A stretch of DNA of 64,000 bases from an uncultured bacterium. GTDB taxonomy: Bacteria > Omnitrophota > Omnitrophia > Omnitrophales > Aquincolibacteriaceae. Positions 28,461-37,612 of the stretch are shown piece by piece. A program made the translations under genes and the position numbers. How positions within the stretch are numbered: the stretch's first letter is position 1; each line of letters opens with the position of its first letter. The stretch spans positions 198-64,197 of the forward strand of contig CAZDVO010000007.1 of the NCBI GenBank assembly GCA_964508905.1, read 5' to 3'. The notes beneath the pieces are model-generated. The model ran no database searches. It saw only the letters and a list, made by a program, of their open reading frames with translations, and was not told the DNA's origin.

Positions 28461-29476
28461 GATCGGATCACCTCCTGAAGTGCTGCCAGCACCGCTTCGT
28501 GAAAAATCCCATTCGTCGCGACAAGTCCCGGATTTCGCGCAAGCGTGAGTCCGGCGCCGAAATCAAGGGCCATGCCTTCGAGGTCGGTCACGCGACCACC
28601 CGCCTCCTGGACCGCAAGCGCGCCCGCCGCGACATCCCATATTTTCTCGCGCCGCCCCGGCTCCTTACGGGGGAGCGTCCTGAAAAAGATCTCCGCGCTC
28701 CCCGAAGCCAGCACCATCTGTTTTGCCAAGCTGTCCATCATGATCGAGGGCCGGGCGATCCCAAGATGTTCCCTCAGGAACTTTTCTTTCTCACCGCTTT
28801 GATGCCCCGTCTCAAAAGAATCGAGTAATCGGGCTTGAGTAAGATCCGCGCATTTGGAAACCTCGAACCGCACCCATTTTTTTGGGTCCTCAATATCATC
28901 CAATGAGAAACCCCAACATCCCTGCCCTTTCGCAGCCAAAAGACCGACCCCTTTTCCCAGAACTTTGTATGGTTCGAGTTTAAGCTCCGGACAGCCCATC
29001 GCGGCAAAAGTCACTTCCCCGTTCTCGATCCGGGCCAGCGCCGTGGCATACTGCCCGCCGCGCAAGAACCCCTTGGTCCCGTCGATGGGATCGATCGTCC
29101 AAAAAACCCCAGCCGGCTTTCCGCGCCCCCGGTCGATCCACTGACAAACCCGCTCGGGCCGCGCGTGAGGTAAAAAGGAATGTACGTAAGCCGTGATCTT
29201 CTCAAGATCCTCGGCGCCTTCGGCGGAACGGAGATATTCCGCGTCTTCTTCGCCAACGAGGATCGCCTCCGGAAGATAATGCTCAAGAAGCCCGCCCGCA
29301 ATGGCCTGGATCCCCATATCGGCAAGTGTCACGGGAGAATGGTCGGGTTTGGTGACGGACTTGATGGTGGTTTCCGCGCGGACCTGAACGGCCAATTCCG
29401 CCGCGAACTGGATCACCTCTAGCGCGAACTGTGCCTCCGGAGATTCGAGATCGATTTTAAATTCCATGGCGGGCAT
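28457..29476 (-). CDS. inositol-monophosphatase-family protein (3'(2'),5'-bisphosphate nucleotidase CysQ/HAL2-like)
   Basis: WTIDPIDGTKGF metal-binding motif. Overlaps the next gene by 4 nt. Confidence 0.8.
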   Translation of the reverse strand: MPAMEFKIDLESPEAQFALEVIQFAAELAVQVRAETTIKSVTKPDHSPVTLADMGIQAIAGGLLEHYLPEAILVGEEDAEYLRSAEGAEDLEKITAYVHSFLPHARPERVCQWIDRGRGKPAGVFWTIDPIDGTKGFLRGGQYATALARIENGEVTFAAMGCPELKLEPYKVLGKGVGLLAAKGQGCWGFSLDDIEDPKKWVRFEVSKCADLTQARLLDSFETGHQSGEKEKFLREHLGIARPSIMMDSLAKQMVLASGSAEIFFRTLPRKEPGRREKIWDVAAGALAVQEAGGRVTDLEGMALDFGAGLTLARNPGLVATNGIFHEAVLAALQEVIRS

Positions 29477-29495
29477 TCTAGCACAATACGCTTTA

Positions 29496-30059
29496 CTACA
29501 ATGGCACAGAAGTCACCGAATATTGATACCAACCTTTGGTCGACGTCCACTTAAAAATATATTTATAAATCTCAAAGGGATCCCACAACGCGTTATCCCC
29601 GTAGCATTGCACCTTGATCTGCGTACTCGAAACGGATGTCACCGTCCACTTTGGGATCAATGTTGCAACGCTATAGCCTCGAGCATTCAAACGATATTCA
29701 AAAAGAGCCCCGTTAAAGCATGTTCGGAGGATCTCATTTTGCGCCGCGGTAAAACCCGCAAAAGTTACTTTACTGACCCCAGCCAGCGTTTGAGCGCCAT
29801 AATTCCCAGGAACGTTCAGGAAACTCAATGGGTAACTGGCTTCAAACGATGAGAGAGCGCCTGTCGCGGCCCCCGAATAAGTAATCCGGACAGTAGTAAA
29901 AAGCGTCGCCGCTCTCCAATCCAGATTGACAGCTTCAGCGATGGCTCCCGCAGGAAGAGAGAATGGGATAGAGGCTGGAGTGTTGACCGTAACAACTTTC
30001 TGACCTGAAACAAGACGAACCGTACACGATTCAATGCCGACCTTCAGTTCGACCGAGAC
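29496..30059 (-). pseudogene. start-less C-terminal fragment (about 187 codons) of an unknown beta-rich protein, truncated at the junction with the IS remnant
   Basis: Own translation: the minus-strand frame stays open from a stop at about 30060 down to 29496 with no ATG, GTG or TTG before 29828. The ORF track reports only the 110-aa tail. Confidence 0.5.
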
Positions 30060-30590
30060 CTATGCCCCCAAGGCGATGATCGTTTACGACGAGTTCCACG
30101 TCATCCAGAAGCTAACCGGCGCGGTCGATGCGACACGCCGCTACGAGCTACGCATGGCCCAGGACGAGAAAAGGTTCGAGCTGATGGAGATGATGGGGTT
30201 CAAGCAGCGGTTCATCCTATTGAAGAACAAGACGAATCTGACGGACAGGCAATCAGAGCATTTCAAACGCCTCTGTGGAATAAATCAGCCGATCTACAAA
30301 GCCATGCTCCTGAAGGAAAGCTTTCAGGAAATCTATTTCTAAACTACGGAAGCCGACGCCAGAAGGTGCCTCGAAGCATGGATCCAACAGGCGATGACAA
30401 GCGGACTGAAAGCTTTCGTGGCGCTCGCGGAGAGCTTCCGGGAGACGATGACGTTCCTTTTCAACTGGTTCCGCAAGAAGATCAAGCGCCTAAAACGGAT
30501 GGCCTACGGCTACCGAGATGCCGGGTACTTTCTGCTAAAGATCCACCAGCACTACGGCCTCTTAAACCCAAGACTCCAACACTAAACACG
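30034..30590 (+). mobile_element. ISL3-family transposase remnant (C-terminal part only, with an in-frame stop); degraded IS
   Basis: MIVYDEFHVIQKLTGAVDATRRYE...RFILLKNKTNLTDRQSEHFKRL...LKESFQEIYF, then a stop, then EADARRCLEAWIQQAMTSGLKAFVALAESFRET...IKRLKRMAYGYRDAGYFLLKI. This is ISL3-type C-terminal homology (AYGFRNFxNFRxRIL). The two ORF-track pieces are in the same frame, separated by a TAA. The N-terminal part of about 250 aa is absent. Confidence 0.6.
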
Positions 30591-30697
30591 AAAGAACCCC
30601 TGAAAATGGTTCATGCTGTCCAAATTGCAGATTGATATCTCAAAATCGCTTTTATGATCGTAAGTCATTTATTTGTAAGCTGTTTCAAGTTAGCCGG

Positions 30698-30711
30698 CCA
30701 AATTAATTTGG
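30698..30711. promoter_or_regulatory. 14-bp perfect palindrome ccaaattaatttgg in an AT-rich region upstream of the DUF134 operon
   Basis: Perfect dyad about 120 bp upstream of the -35. It is either a candidate operator or a relic of an IS terminus. Confidence 0.3.
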
Positions 30712-30830
30712 ACACGAGTGAAGGTGTATATCAATTGAATTTAATGGAAGCAACCATGAATGGACGGGTTCCATAGGCCTCACATGAGAGACGGAGCTAA
30801 AGGGGGCCCAACAACCGGGAACCGTGGCGA

Positions 30831-30858
30831 TTGACAAAAAGAAGAGGGCTGTTATTAT
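30831..30858 (+). promoter_or_regulatory. near-consensus sigma70 promoter (TTGACA, 16 nt, TATTAT) for the DUF134 / Cys-peptide / permease operon
   Basis: TTGACAaaaagaagagggctgtTATTAT. SD agaagg lies 7 nt before the ATG at 30887. Confidence 0.5.
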
Positions 30859-30886
30859 GAGCGTATGTGCATAATAGAAGGTTCTC

Positions 30887-31255
30887 ATGCGGCCTAAAAA
30901 AACACGCTGGATCAAGTGTCACCCCGGCGAGCGGTGTTTTCGTCCTGAGAAGACGGAGACCTCAATTCCCCGCGAACGTGCCGGAAACACAGGTTTCCGG
31001 CCCCAGTGCAAGCAAGAACAAGCGATTGAAGGCGTCACGCTTTCGCTTGATGAGTTTGAAGCCCTGAGGCTTTGTGATCTCCAAAGACTGGATCAGAACG
31101 CCATCGCGGCCGCGATGAAAGTCCACCGCTCAACGATCTCGCGCATCCTGGCTTCCGCCCGAGCTAAAGTCACCGATGCCCTCGTCAACCTCAAGGCCAT
31201 CAAGGTCGCAGGCGGATGTTGTCAGATCAGACACAAGAGTTCAAAAAGGAGATAA
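30887..31255 (+). CDS. DUF134 (UPF0251) family putative DNA-binding protein
   Basis: MRPKKTRWIKC..P...FRP...LSLDEFEALRLCDLQRLDQNAIAAAMKVHRSTISRILASARAKVTDALVNLKAIKVAGG is the canonical DUF134 layout: basic/Cys N-terminus, sigma-region-4-like HTH, and a C-terminal I.GG. Confidence 0.75.
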   Translation: MRPKKTRWIKCHPGERCFRPEKTETSIPRERAGNTGFRPQCKQEQAIEGVTLSLDEFEALRLCDLQRLDQNAIAAAMKVHRSTISRILASARAKVTDALVNLKAIKVAGGCCQIRHKSSKRR

Positions 31256-31260
31256 AACGC

Positions 31261-31413
31261 ATGGAAGACAAAAAGGACCTCGAAGGAACTTCGAAAAAAC
31301 AGGGATGGTTCGGAAAGCTGCTCGAAAAGCTTGATAAAAAGATGGAAGCCAAGGCGCGTCAGACTTGCTGTTGCTCAAAGGAGAACGCCGAGAAAGGCTC
31401 CCGATGCTGCTAA
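31261..31413 (+). CDS. small (51-aa) protein with a C-terminal vicinal-cysteine cluster [15 protein letters not shown]
   Basis: [55 protein letters not shown] lies 7 nt before the ATG at 31261. Its stop lies 7 nt inside the start of the downstream permease. Confidence 0.5.
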   Translation: MEDKKDLEGTSKKQGWFGKLLEKLDKKMEAKARQTCCCSKENAEKGSRCC

Positions 31414-32363
31414 AGTTCGCAGATGTCCTTGTCTACGGCATCTTCGGGCTGGACCCGGAGAAGGCCTGGGCCCAGGCTCTTCATTTTTTCATTTACGACT
31501 CCGTGAAGATCCTGCTTCTTCTTTTTATTATGATCCTGGCAATCGGGGTCCTCAGAACCTACCTCCCCCAATCGAAGATCAAGGCATGGATGAACCGGAG
31601 AGGCGGCTTGGGACATTTTTTTGCCGCATTCTTCGGCGCCGTCACGCCCTTTTGTTCCTGTTCGTCGATCCCGATCTTTTTTGGATTTCTGGAAGCCGGA
31701 ATCCCCCTCGGGATCTCGTTCTCCTTTCTGATCACCTCCCCCATCATCAATGAATATCTGGTCGTCCTGATGTTCGGATTCTTTGGATGGAAGATCACCG
31801 CGCTTTATATCGTAAGCGGACTTTCCATTGGCGTTTTTTCGGGAGCAATCCTCGGCCGAATGCGTTTGGAGCGCCATCTCGTATCGGACCTCATCACTCA
31901 GGGGGCCACGTTCGATGAACGCGTCTTCCGTTCTTTTCACGACCGATTCTGTTTCGGATGGCAGGAGTCCTGCTCGATCACCCGGAAGATCTGGGGATGG
32001 GTTTTGATCGGGGTCGGGATCGGGTCCCTGATCCATAATTACGTGCCGCAGGCCGCCATCCAATCCATCATCGGAAAGGTCGGGGGCTTTTCGGTCCCGG
32101 TGGCCGCGATCCTCGGAGCCCCCATGTACGGAAGTTGCGCGGCGATCGTCCCCGTCGCGGTCGTCCTTTTCCAAAAAGGCATTCCGCTGGGGACTGCGCT
32201 CGCCTTCATGATGGCGGTTGCGGCCCTGAGCCTGCCGGAGGCGATCATGTTGCGGCGCGTCATGAAGCTCCCGCTCATTGCGATCTTTTTCAGCATCGTC
32301 ACGCTCACAATCATTCTCACGGGCTACCTTTTTAATTTCCTCCAACCCCTGCTCGCAACATAA
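31404..32363 (+). CDS. arsP: ArsP-type permease (PF03773/DUF318; organoarsenical efflux permease family)
   Basis: 8-TM protein carrying the family-defining [10 protein letters not shown] motif. The start MLLKFADV overlaps the upstream small gene. Confidence 0.8.
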   Translation: MLLKFADVLVYGIFGLDPEKAWAQALHFFIYDSVKILLLLFIMILAIGVLRTYLPQSKIKAWMNRRGGLGHFFAAFFGAVTPFCSCSSIPIFFGFLEAGIPLGISFSFLITSPIINEYLVVLMFGFFGWKITALYIVSGLSIGVFSGAILGRMRLERHLVSDLITQGATFDERVFRSFHDRFCFGWQESCSITRKIWGWVLIGVGIGSLIHNYVPQAAIQSIIGKVGGFSVPVAAILGAPMYGSCAAIVPVAVVLFQKGIPLGTALAFMMAVAALSLPEAIMLRRVMKLPLIAIFFSIVTLTIILTGYLFNFLQPLLAT

Positions 32364-32456
32364 AACCCGGAGCACGGGACACGCCCCTCATTGGGGGCCT
32401 CTCCTTGTTTCCCTTTATAATTTTTTGGACAAGGCCCGGAAAAATGCCCATAATAA

Positions 32457-32495
32457 CTTGCCCCGGGAGAGCTCCGGGGTGGTCGCTTTTCATAT
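32457..32495 (+). terminator. candidate terminator hairpin after the permease gene
   Basis: CCCCGGG agagct CCGGGG followed by tggtcgctttTc (T-poor, weak). Confidence 0.35.
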
Positions 32496-32585
32496 TCACA
32501 TAACATTGTCCGGTTGGTTTAGACGATCATGTCATGCAGACAGAGGCGCTGTTGGCGCTTCTTATCTCTAACGGGGTAAAGCGAT

Positions 32586-33293
32586 ATGTTCCTTTTCCTG
32601 AAACTCGTTCTCGCGCACTTGATCGCCGATTTCATCCTCCAGTTCGAAGAACTTTACCAGCTCAAGGTGAAAAGCTTCCTGGGCCAACTGATCCATGTCC
32701 TCATTCATACCCTCGTCACGCTGGCGATCCTCTTTCCCTATCTGAACGAACCGTTCATTTGGGGCTTTGTCGCCGGGGCCTCTTTCATTCACCTTACGCA
32801 AGACGTTCTTAAATACAAGTTCACCACCAAAACACCCGTACATACTTTCCTCTATTTCATAGGCGATCAACTCTGCCACATCCTCGTCCTGAGCACGATC
32901 TTCTTCTTCCCGATCAGCCGGGAGATCCGCGGGTTCCCGCACGACATGCTCCTCGATATCGTCTACCGACAGGACATCTGGACGATCCGGGCGATCTTTT
33001 TCATCCTGCTCACCTTCGGCGGCAGCTATATCCTGAACGCCTTCGCCAGAAGTTATGTACCGGACACTCCACCGCTTTTCATGATCACCTCCACGGAAAT
33101 GCTCCACGCGCTTCTGGAAAGATCGCTCGTAGCCTGGATCGTCCTGAGCCTCACTCCGCTCCCGACGCTGTTGCTCATTCCCTGCGTGGGGCTCATCCGT
33201 CTCTGTTCGGAACGGCTGAGAAACGCCAAGGCGCTCCTCTTGAGCCTGAACTATTCCGTTCTGTTGTCGCTGATCTTTTACAGGGTTCTTTAA
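32586..33293 (+). CDS. DUF3307-family membrane protein
   Basis: N-terminal MFLFLKLVLAHLIADFILQ is the DUF3307 signature, with multiple TM helices. Confidence 0.6.
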   Translation: MFLFLKLVLAHLIADFILQFEELYQLKVKSFLGQLIHVLIHTLVTLAILFPYLNEPFIWGFVAGASFIHLTQDVLKYKFTTKTPVHTFLYFIGDQLCHILVLSTIFFFPISREIRGFPHDMLLDIVYRQDIWTIRAIFFILLTFGGSYILNAFARSYVPDTPPLFMITSTEMLHALLERSLVAWIVLSLTPLPTLLLIPCVGLIRLCSERLRNAKALLLSLNYSVLLSLIFYRVL

Positions 33294-33302
33294 GGCCTCC
33301 CA

Positions 33303-34628
33303 ATGAAAAGATCCCCGAAGATCCGAAACCGGAAGGGCTCGAGATCCTGCCCGCGAGCCCGTTTAAAAAAAGATGAGTTGAACACGATCGAAAATCTCCG
33401 AAAGGTGCTCGCGCTCACCAATGTCCTGAACTCCACGCTCAAGCTGAACGAGCTTCTCGGGCTCATCATGAAAACCTCGGCCGAGGTCATGCGCTCGGAA
33501 GTTGCCTCCCTCCTTTTGATCGATGAAGCTTCCAACGAACTGGTCTTCCGCGTGGCGCTGGGCGGCAAGGGGGCCGAACTCGAAGAGAAATTCAGGGTCA
33601 AAATGGGCGAAGGGATCGCGGGTTCCGTCGCGGCGTCCGGTAAAGCCGAGATCGTGAACGATCCTCACGGAGACCCTCGCTTTGCCAAACGTTTCGATGA
33701 TTCCACCGGATTTATCACGCGTGCGATCCTCTGCGTCCCGATGAAGGCCAAAGATCAGGTCATCGGCGTTCTCCAGGCCATCAATCCCCTCCAACGAAAA
33801 GGATTCAGCGCCGAGGATCTGGCGCTTTTCGCGACCTTCGCCGACCAGGCGGCCATCGCGATCGAGAATGCCCGGCTCCATGGCGAGATCGTAAAACAGG
33901 AAACAGCAAAGCAAGCCTTGAAGATTGCTCATGAGATCCAGCAAAATTTCCTCCCCGACCTCACGAACCGAAAGTATGGGATCGATCTCTCCGCCCTGAC
34001 CCTCCCCGCCTTCGATGTCGGCGGCGATCTCTACGATGTTGTCACGCTCGAACAAGACCGCTTGGGGATCGTCCTGGGCGACGTTTCGGGGAAGGGCGTC
34101 CCGGCCGCGCTCTATATGGTCCGCGCGATCTCGGAATACCGATTTCTCGCGCCGCAGGCCAAGGACCCCGCGGAACTATTGAACTTGCTCAATCAGCGTC
34201 TGGCCGTGAACAGCCCGTTCGGCATGTTTCTCACCATGATCTGCCTCCTGGTCGACCGCCACACGAATACGATCCAATATGCCTCCGCCGGACATCTCCC
34301 GATCCTTCTTCGAAGAGCCCTCGACGGGACCCCCGAGATCCTCAAAGGGACCCAAAGCCCTCCTCTGGGACTGATGCCTGACACCGCTTTTTTCCTCAAC
34401 ACGATCTGCCTGGAACCCGGCGATGCCCTCTTTCTTTACACCGACGGAGTGATCGAGGCCCGGGACCGCCGCGGCAAGGAATACACCACGGAACGCCTTG
34501 CCTCATGTGTCGCGAAAGAAGCCGATTCGGCCGGGGACTACGCCGAAAGGATCTTTGAGGATATCCGAAAGTTCACCGCCGGCGCCGGACAACACGACGA
34601 CGTTACCGCGCTGACGATCGTTCTTTAG
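33303..34628 (+). CDS. GAF-domain / PP2C-type (SpoIIE/RsbU-like) serine phosphatase
   Basis: GAF (GIAG...AEIVND) followed by PPM motifs (GGDLYDV, VLGDVSGKGVPAALYM, LYTDGVIEAR, DDVT). Confidence 0.8.
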   Translation: MKRSPKIRNRKGSRSCPRARLKKDELNTIENLRKVLALTNVLNSTLKLNELLGLIMKTSAEVMRSEVASLLLIDEASNELVFRVALGGKGAELEEKFRVKMGEGIAGSVAASGKAEIVNDPHGDPRFAKRFDDSTGFITRAILCVPMKAKDQVIGVLQAINPLQRKGFSAEDLALFATFADQAAIAIENARLHGEIVKQETAKQALKIAHEIQQNFLPDLTNRKYGIDLSALTLPAFDVGGDLYDVVTLEQDRLGIVLGDVSGKGVPAALYMVRAISEYRFLAPQAKDPAELLNLLNQRLAVNSPFGMFLTMICLLVDRHTNTIQYASAGHLPILLRRALDGTPEILKGTQSPPLGLMPDTAFFLNTICLEPGDALFLYTDGVIEARDRRGKEYTTERLASCVAKEADSAGDYAERIFEDIRKFTAGAGQHDDVTALTIVL

Positions 34629-34679
34629 CCTCGCCGAAAAAGGTTTGTCGCCGGCACCGAATCTTCCTATAATCCCCCC

Positions 34680-36872
34680 ATGCGGAAAGCGCTCTCATAC
34701 ATCATCCCCGGATTGATCCTCTTCGCGGTTCTCGCGCTCCAATACAGTTTTCCAGCCAAGATCGAATCGTTCCGCGTTAAAGTTTTTGATATCTTCCAGA
34801 TGATCAAACCGCGCGTTTATCAGGACACACCGGTCCGCATTATTGACATCGATGATGAAAGCCTCTCCCGGATCGGACAATGGCCCTGGCCGCGCACGAT
34901 CCTGGCGAAACTCGTCTCGCGCCTCGCCTCAGGAGGCGCCACCGTGATCACCTTCGACGGCATTTTCCCGGAACCCGACCGCACATCCCCGCAGAACATG
35001 CTTCCCCTGTGGGCGGAAGGCGCCTCAAACGAACTCTTACGCGCCCAGCTGGACATGATCCCGGACCATGACACGATCTTCGCGCAGTCCATCGCCCAAG
35101 CCCCTGTCGTCCTCGCCTTCGGCCTTACGAACGACCCTCACGAGAAATTACCCTCCCTCAAGACGGGCTTTCTGGAACACGGCGCGGGTCAAGACCGGAC
35201 CGTGGATCATATCCGTCCTATTTTCAAAGGCGCTGTGGTCAATCTTCCGGTGCTTGAAAAAGCGGCGAAGGGGAATGGCTGTTTCAATATGGGCGTGGAA
35301 TGGGACCAGATCGTCCGGCGCGTCCCGGCGATCTTCCGGATGGGCGATATCCTCTATCCTTCCCTGGCGCTCGAAACCTTGCGCATCTTCCAGGGAGCCT
35401 CCGCGTACAAGGTCACGATGGCTGGCGCCACAGGCGAAACTTCTTTCGGAGGAAAAACGGGGCTTGTCGGCATCAAAGCCGGACTTCTAGAGATCCCCAC
35501 GGATGCCTTCGGGCGGATCTGGCTCTACGACACCGGTCATAGAAAAGAACGGTTCATTCCCGCGTGGGAAGTCCTCTCGAACGATGGGCTGCTTCGCGAG
35601 ATGAAAGAAAAGGTCCTCTTCATCGGCTCAAGCGCCATAGCACTGAAAGATCTTCGCGCCACGCCGCGGAATCCCCGAGCCTCGGGCGTTGAAATCCAGG
35701 CTCAACTCGTCGAGCAAATGTTCCTGGGCGATTTCCTGGAGCGGCCGGATTGGGCCGCGGGACTTGAGTTTACGTTCATCACCCTCTTGGGGCTCCTGCT
35801 CATCCTGATCCTTCCGAAGGCCGGCGCGGTCCGTTGCGCCGTGATCACGCTCGGAGCGATCGCCTCCGCCGTGGGCGTCTGCTGGTACGCATACGTCCAG
35901 TGGCATCTTCTGATCGACCCGCTCTTCCCGTCCCTTGCCGTCTTTGGGATCTATCTGGCGTCTTCCTTCCTCAATTTCCTCGGAACCGAACGGGAACGCT
36001 GTGAGATCCGAGGCGCGTTCGGCCGATATCTTTCTCCCGCGCTCGTTGAAAAACTCGCCAAAAATCCGGATCGTCTCAAACTCGGGGGCGAGATGCGGCC
36101 GATGACATTCCTTTTCATAGATATCCGTAACTTCACCGGCATCGCGGAAAATTTCACCCCGGAAGAACTGACGCAATTTATGAACGACTTTCTGACCCCG
36201 ATGACGGACATCATCCTCCAACACGGCGGGACCATCGACAAATATATGGGCGATTGCATCATGGCCTTCTGGAACGCCCCATTCGATGATCCGGAGCACG
36301 CGCTCCACGCCTGCCAGGCGGCCCTCGTCATGCGGGACTTTCTCCGGACCATGCCCGGTTTTGAGAACGTCCGCGTCGGGATCGGCATTAATACCGGCCA
36401 TGCCTGCGTCGGCAATATGGGCTCCGAGCAACGGTTCGATTATACGGTTTTGGGAGATGAAGTGAACCTGGCTTCCCGGATCGAAAGCCTTTCCAGGAAT
36501 TATGGCATCACCACGCTGGTCGGACAGAATACCGCCGGCGCCGTCGGGGATTTTGCAATGCTTGAGGTGGATCTGATCCGGGTCAAAGGAAAAACAAAAC
36601 CCGCAAGGATCTTCGCGCTCCTGGGCGGAAGTGAACTGGCGGCCCAAAAGACTTTCAAGGAATTGCGGGAACATTTCGATCGAATGCTCGCGGCTTACCG
36701 GGGACAACGCTGGGTCGAAGCCGATCGCGCGCTGGAATATTGCCGCCACCTGCCCCTCAAGGGGATCGATCTGGGGCCCCTTTACGAACTGTACGCCTCC
36801 CGGATCCTATCCGGCGGGATCAACCCCCCGGCTCACAATTGGGACGGCATCACCACCGCTGACTCAAAATAA
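34680..36872 (+). CDS. CHASE2 sensor-domain class III adenylyl/guanylyl cyclase
   Basis: N-terminal TM plus CHASE2 (GQWPWPR hallmark), 3 TMs, then a CHD cyclase (FLFIDIRNFT, KYMGDCIMAFWNAP, RVGINTG...GDEVNLASR). Confidence 0.85.
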   Translation: MRKALSYIIPGLILFAVLALQYSFPAKIESFRVKVFDIFQMIKPRVYQDTPVRIIDIDDESLSRIGQWPWPRTILAKLVSRLASGGATVITFDGIFPEPDRTSPQNMLPLWAEGASNELLRAQLDMIPDHDTIFAQSIAQAPVVLAFGLTNDPHEKLPSLKTGFLEHGAGQDRTVDHIRPIFKGAVVNLPVLEKAAKGNGCFNMGVEWDQIVRRVPAIFRMGDILYPSLALETLRIFQGASAYKVTMAGATGETSFGGKTGLVGIKAGLLEIPTDAFGRIWLYDTGHRKERFIPAWEVLSNDGLLREMKEKVLFIGSSAIALKDLRATPRNPRASGVEIQAQLVEQMFLGDFLERPDWAAGLEFTFITLLGLLLILILPKAGAVRCAVITLGAIASAVGVCWYAYVQWHLLIDPLFPSLAVFGIYLASSFLNFLGTERERCEIRGAFGRYLSPALVEKLAKNPDRLKLGGEMRPMTFLFIDIRNFTGIAENFTPEELTQFMNDFLTPMTDIILQHGGTIDKYMGDCIMAFWNAPFDDPEHALHACQAALVMRDFLRTMPGFENVRVGIGINTGHACVGNMGSEQRFDYTVLGDEVNLASRIESLSRNYGITTLVGQNTAGAVGDFAMLEVDLIRVKGKTKPARIFALLGGSELAAQKTFKELREHFDRMLAAYRGQRWVEADRALEYCRHLPLKGIDLGPLYELYASRILSGGINPPAHNWDGITTADSK

Positions 36873-36927
36873 AAGGGACAGGCTGAATTTTTTACAATAC
36901 CTGTAAAATAATCGGCCTGTCCCCTTT
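36873..36927. terminator. bidirectional terminator: GGGACAGGC stem with a 31-nt structured loop
   Basis: aaaaGGGACAGGC tgaaTTTTTTACAatacc TGTAAAAtaatcg GCCTGTCCCCttt. The right arm overlaps the FecR stop codon. It shares the GGGACAGGCTGA core with 62924-62968. Confidence 0.6.
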
Positions 36928-37438
36928 ATGATCGAATGGGCTTATCGCCGATCTGATCCGCCAGTTTCAAAGACTTTTCCTGCGCTTCAGAAAAAGACGC
37001 GGAAGCCGTCTCTGGCGTTGAAGCCTTCTCTTCCGGGGCATCGTTCAGATCCCGCTTCGCGACCTTGCTCGAAACAGCCCGGAAGATCCCCTTTACCACG
37101 CTCGACTTCTCTTCGGCATTTTCGGGGTCATAAACGAATTCATCGATCGCGATCGTGCTCAGAGGGCCTAAGGTAAAAACCGTCTTGTCGAGAAGCAGGA
37201 TCTTCAGCTGTCCATCCGGGCCTGTCTCGATCTTGTCCCCCATGAATATCTCGGAACCCTCTTTCAATCGATGCGCGCTTTTCGCGGGAGGCGTCGTCGC
37301 TTTCACATCCCCTTTGACGGACATGGCGGTCCCCGCCTGGATCGGTACCGACTCTTGAGAGATCTTCGCGGAGCCCATGGCGGGCAGGACAGACAACATA
37401 AAAACCATTGCGAAGAAAGACCCACGATTCCTTTTCAC
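36926..37438 (-). CDS. secreted FecR-domain protein
   Basis: Signal peptide, then KGDVKATTPPAKSAHRLKEGSEIFMGDKIETGPDGQLKILLLDKTVFTLGPLSTIAIDEF, the FecR fold pattern. A CHASE2 + FecR partner pairing is well known. Confidence 0.7.
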   Translation of the reverse strand: MKRNRGSFFAMVFMLSVLPAMGSAKISQESVPIQAGTAMSVKGDVKATTPPAKSAHRLKEGSEIFMGDKIETGPDGQLKILLLDKTVFTLGPLSTIAIDEFVYDPENAEEKSSVVKGIFRAVSSKVAKRDLNDAPEEKASTPETASASFSEAQEKSLKLADQIGDKPIRS

Positions 37439-37612
37439 ACCTTTTCTCCATGGCTCATTGATGTATTCTCGAGGGATATTTTCTGATCGCCGGTAGTCTA
37501 CCCGCGCCCTCCCCGGAAATCAAATCGCAAATCCCGGGAGAAACAGCATTCAGTAATCCTCCTATTCCGTTTCCCGTTCGCCCTTCACGGATTTTCAAGC
37601 TATACTACCGCC

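Noticed and set aside
30366-30635. 89-aa ORF overlapping the transposase remnant in another frame.
   Set aside because: The ISL3-homologous frame is the one at 30034 and 30394. This alternative frame has no homology signal.
31410-32375. 321-aa minus-strand ORF opposite the ArsP permease.
   Set aside because: D/R/E-rich low-complexity product, antisense to a well-supported 8-TM permease.
35628-36749. 373-aa minus-strand ORF opposite the CHASE2 cyclase. Similarly 37784-38884 opposite helY, 42588-43565 opposite addB, 44054-45049 opposite efp, 56493-57821 and 58924-60342 opposite the AsmA-like and CHASE2-GGDEF genes.
   Set aside because: All are antisense to genes with strong family evidence, lack SDs and have skewed compositions.
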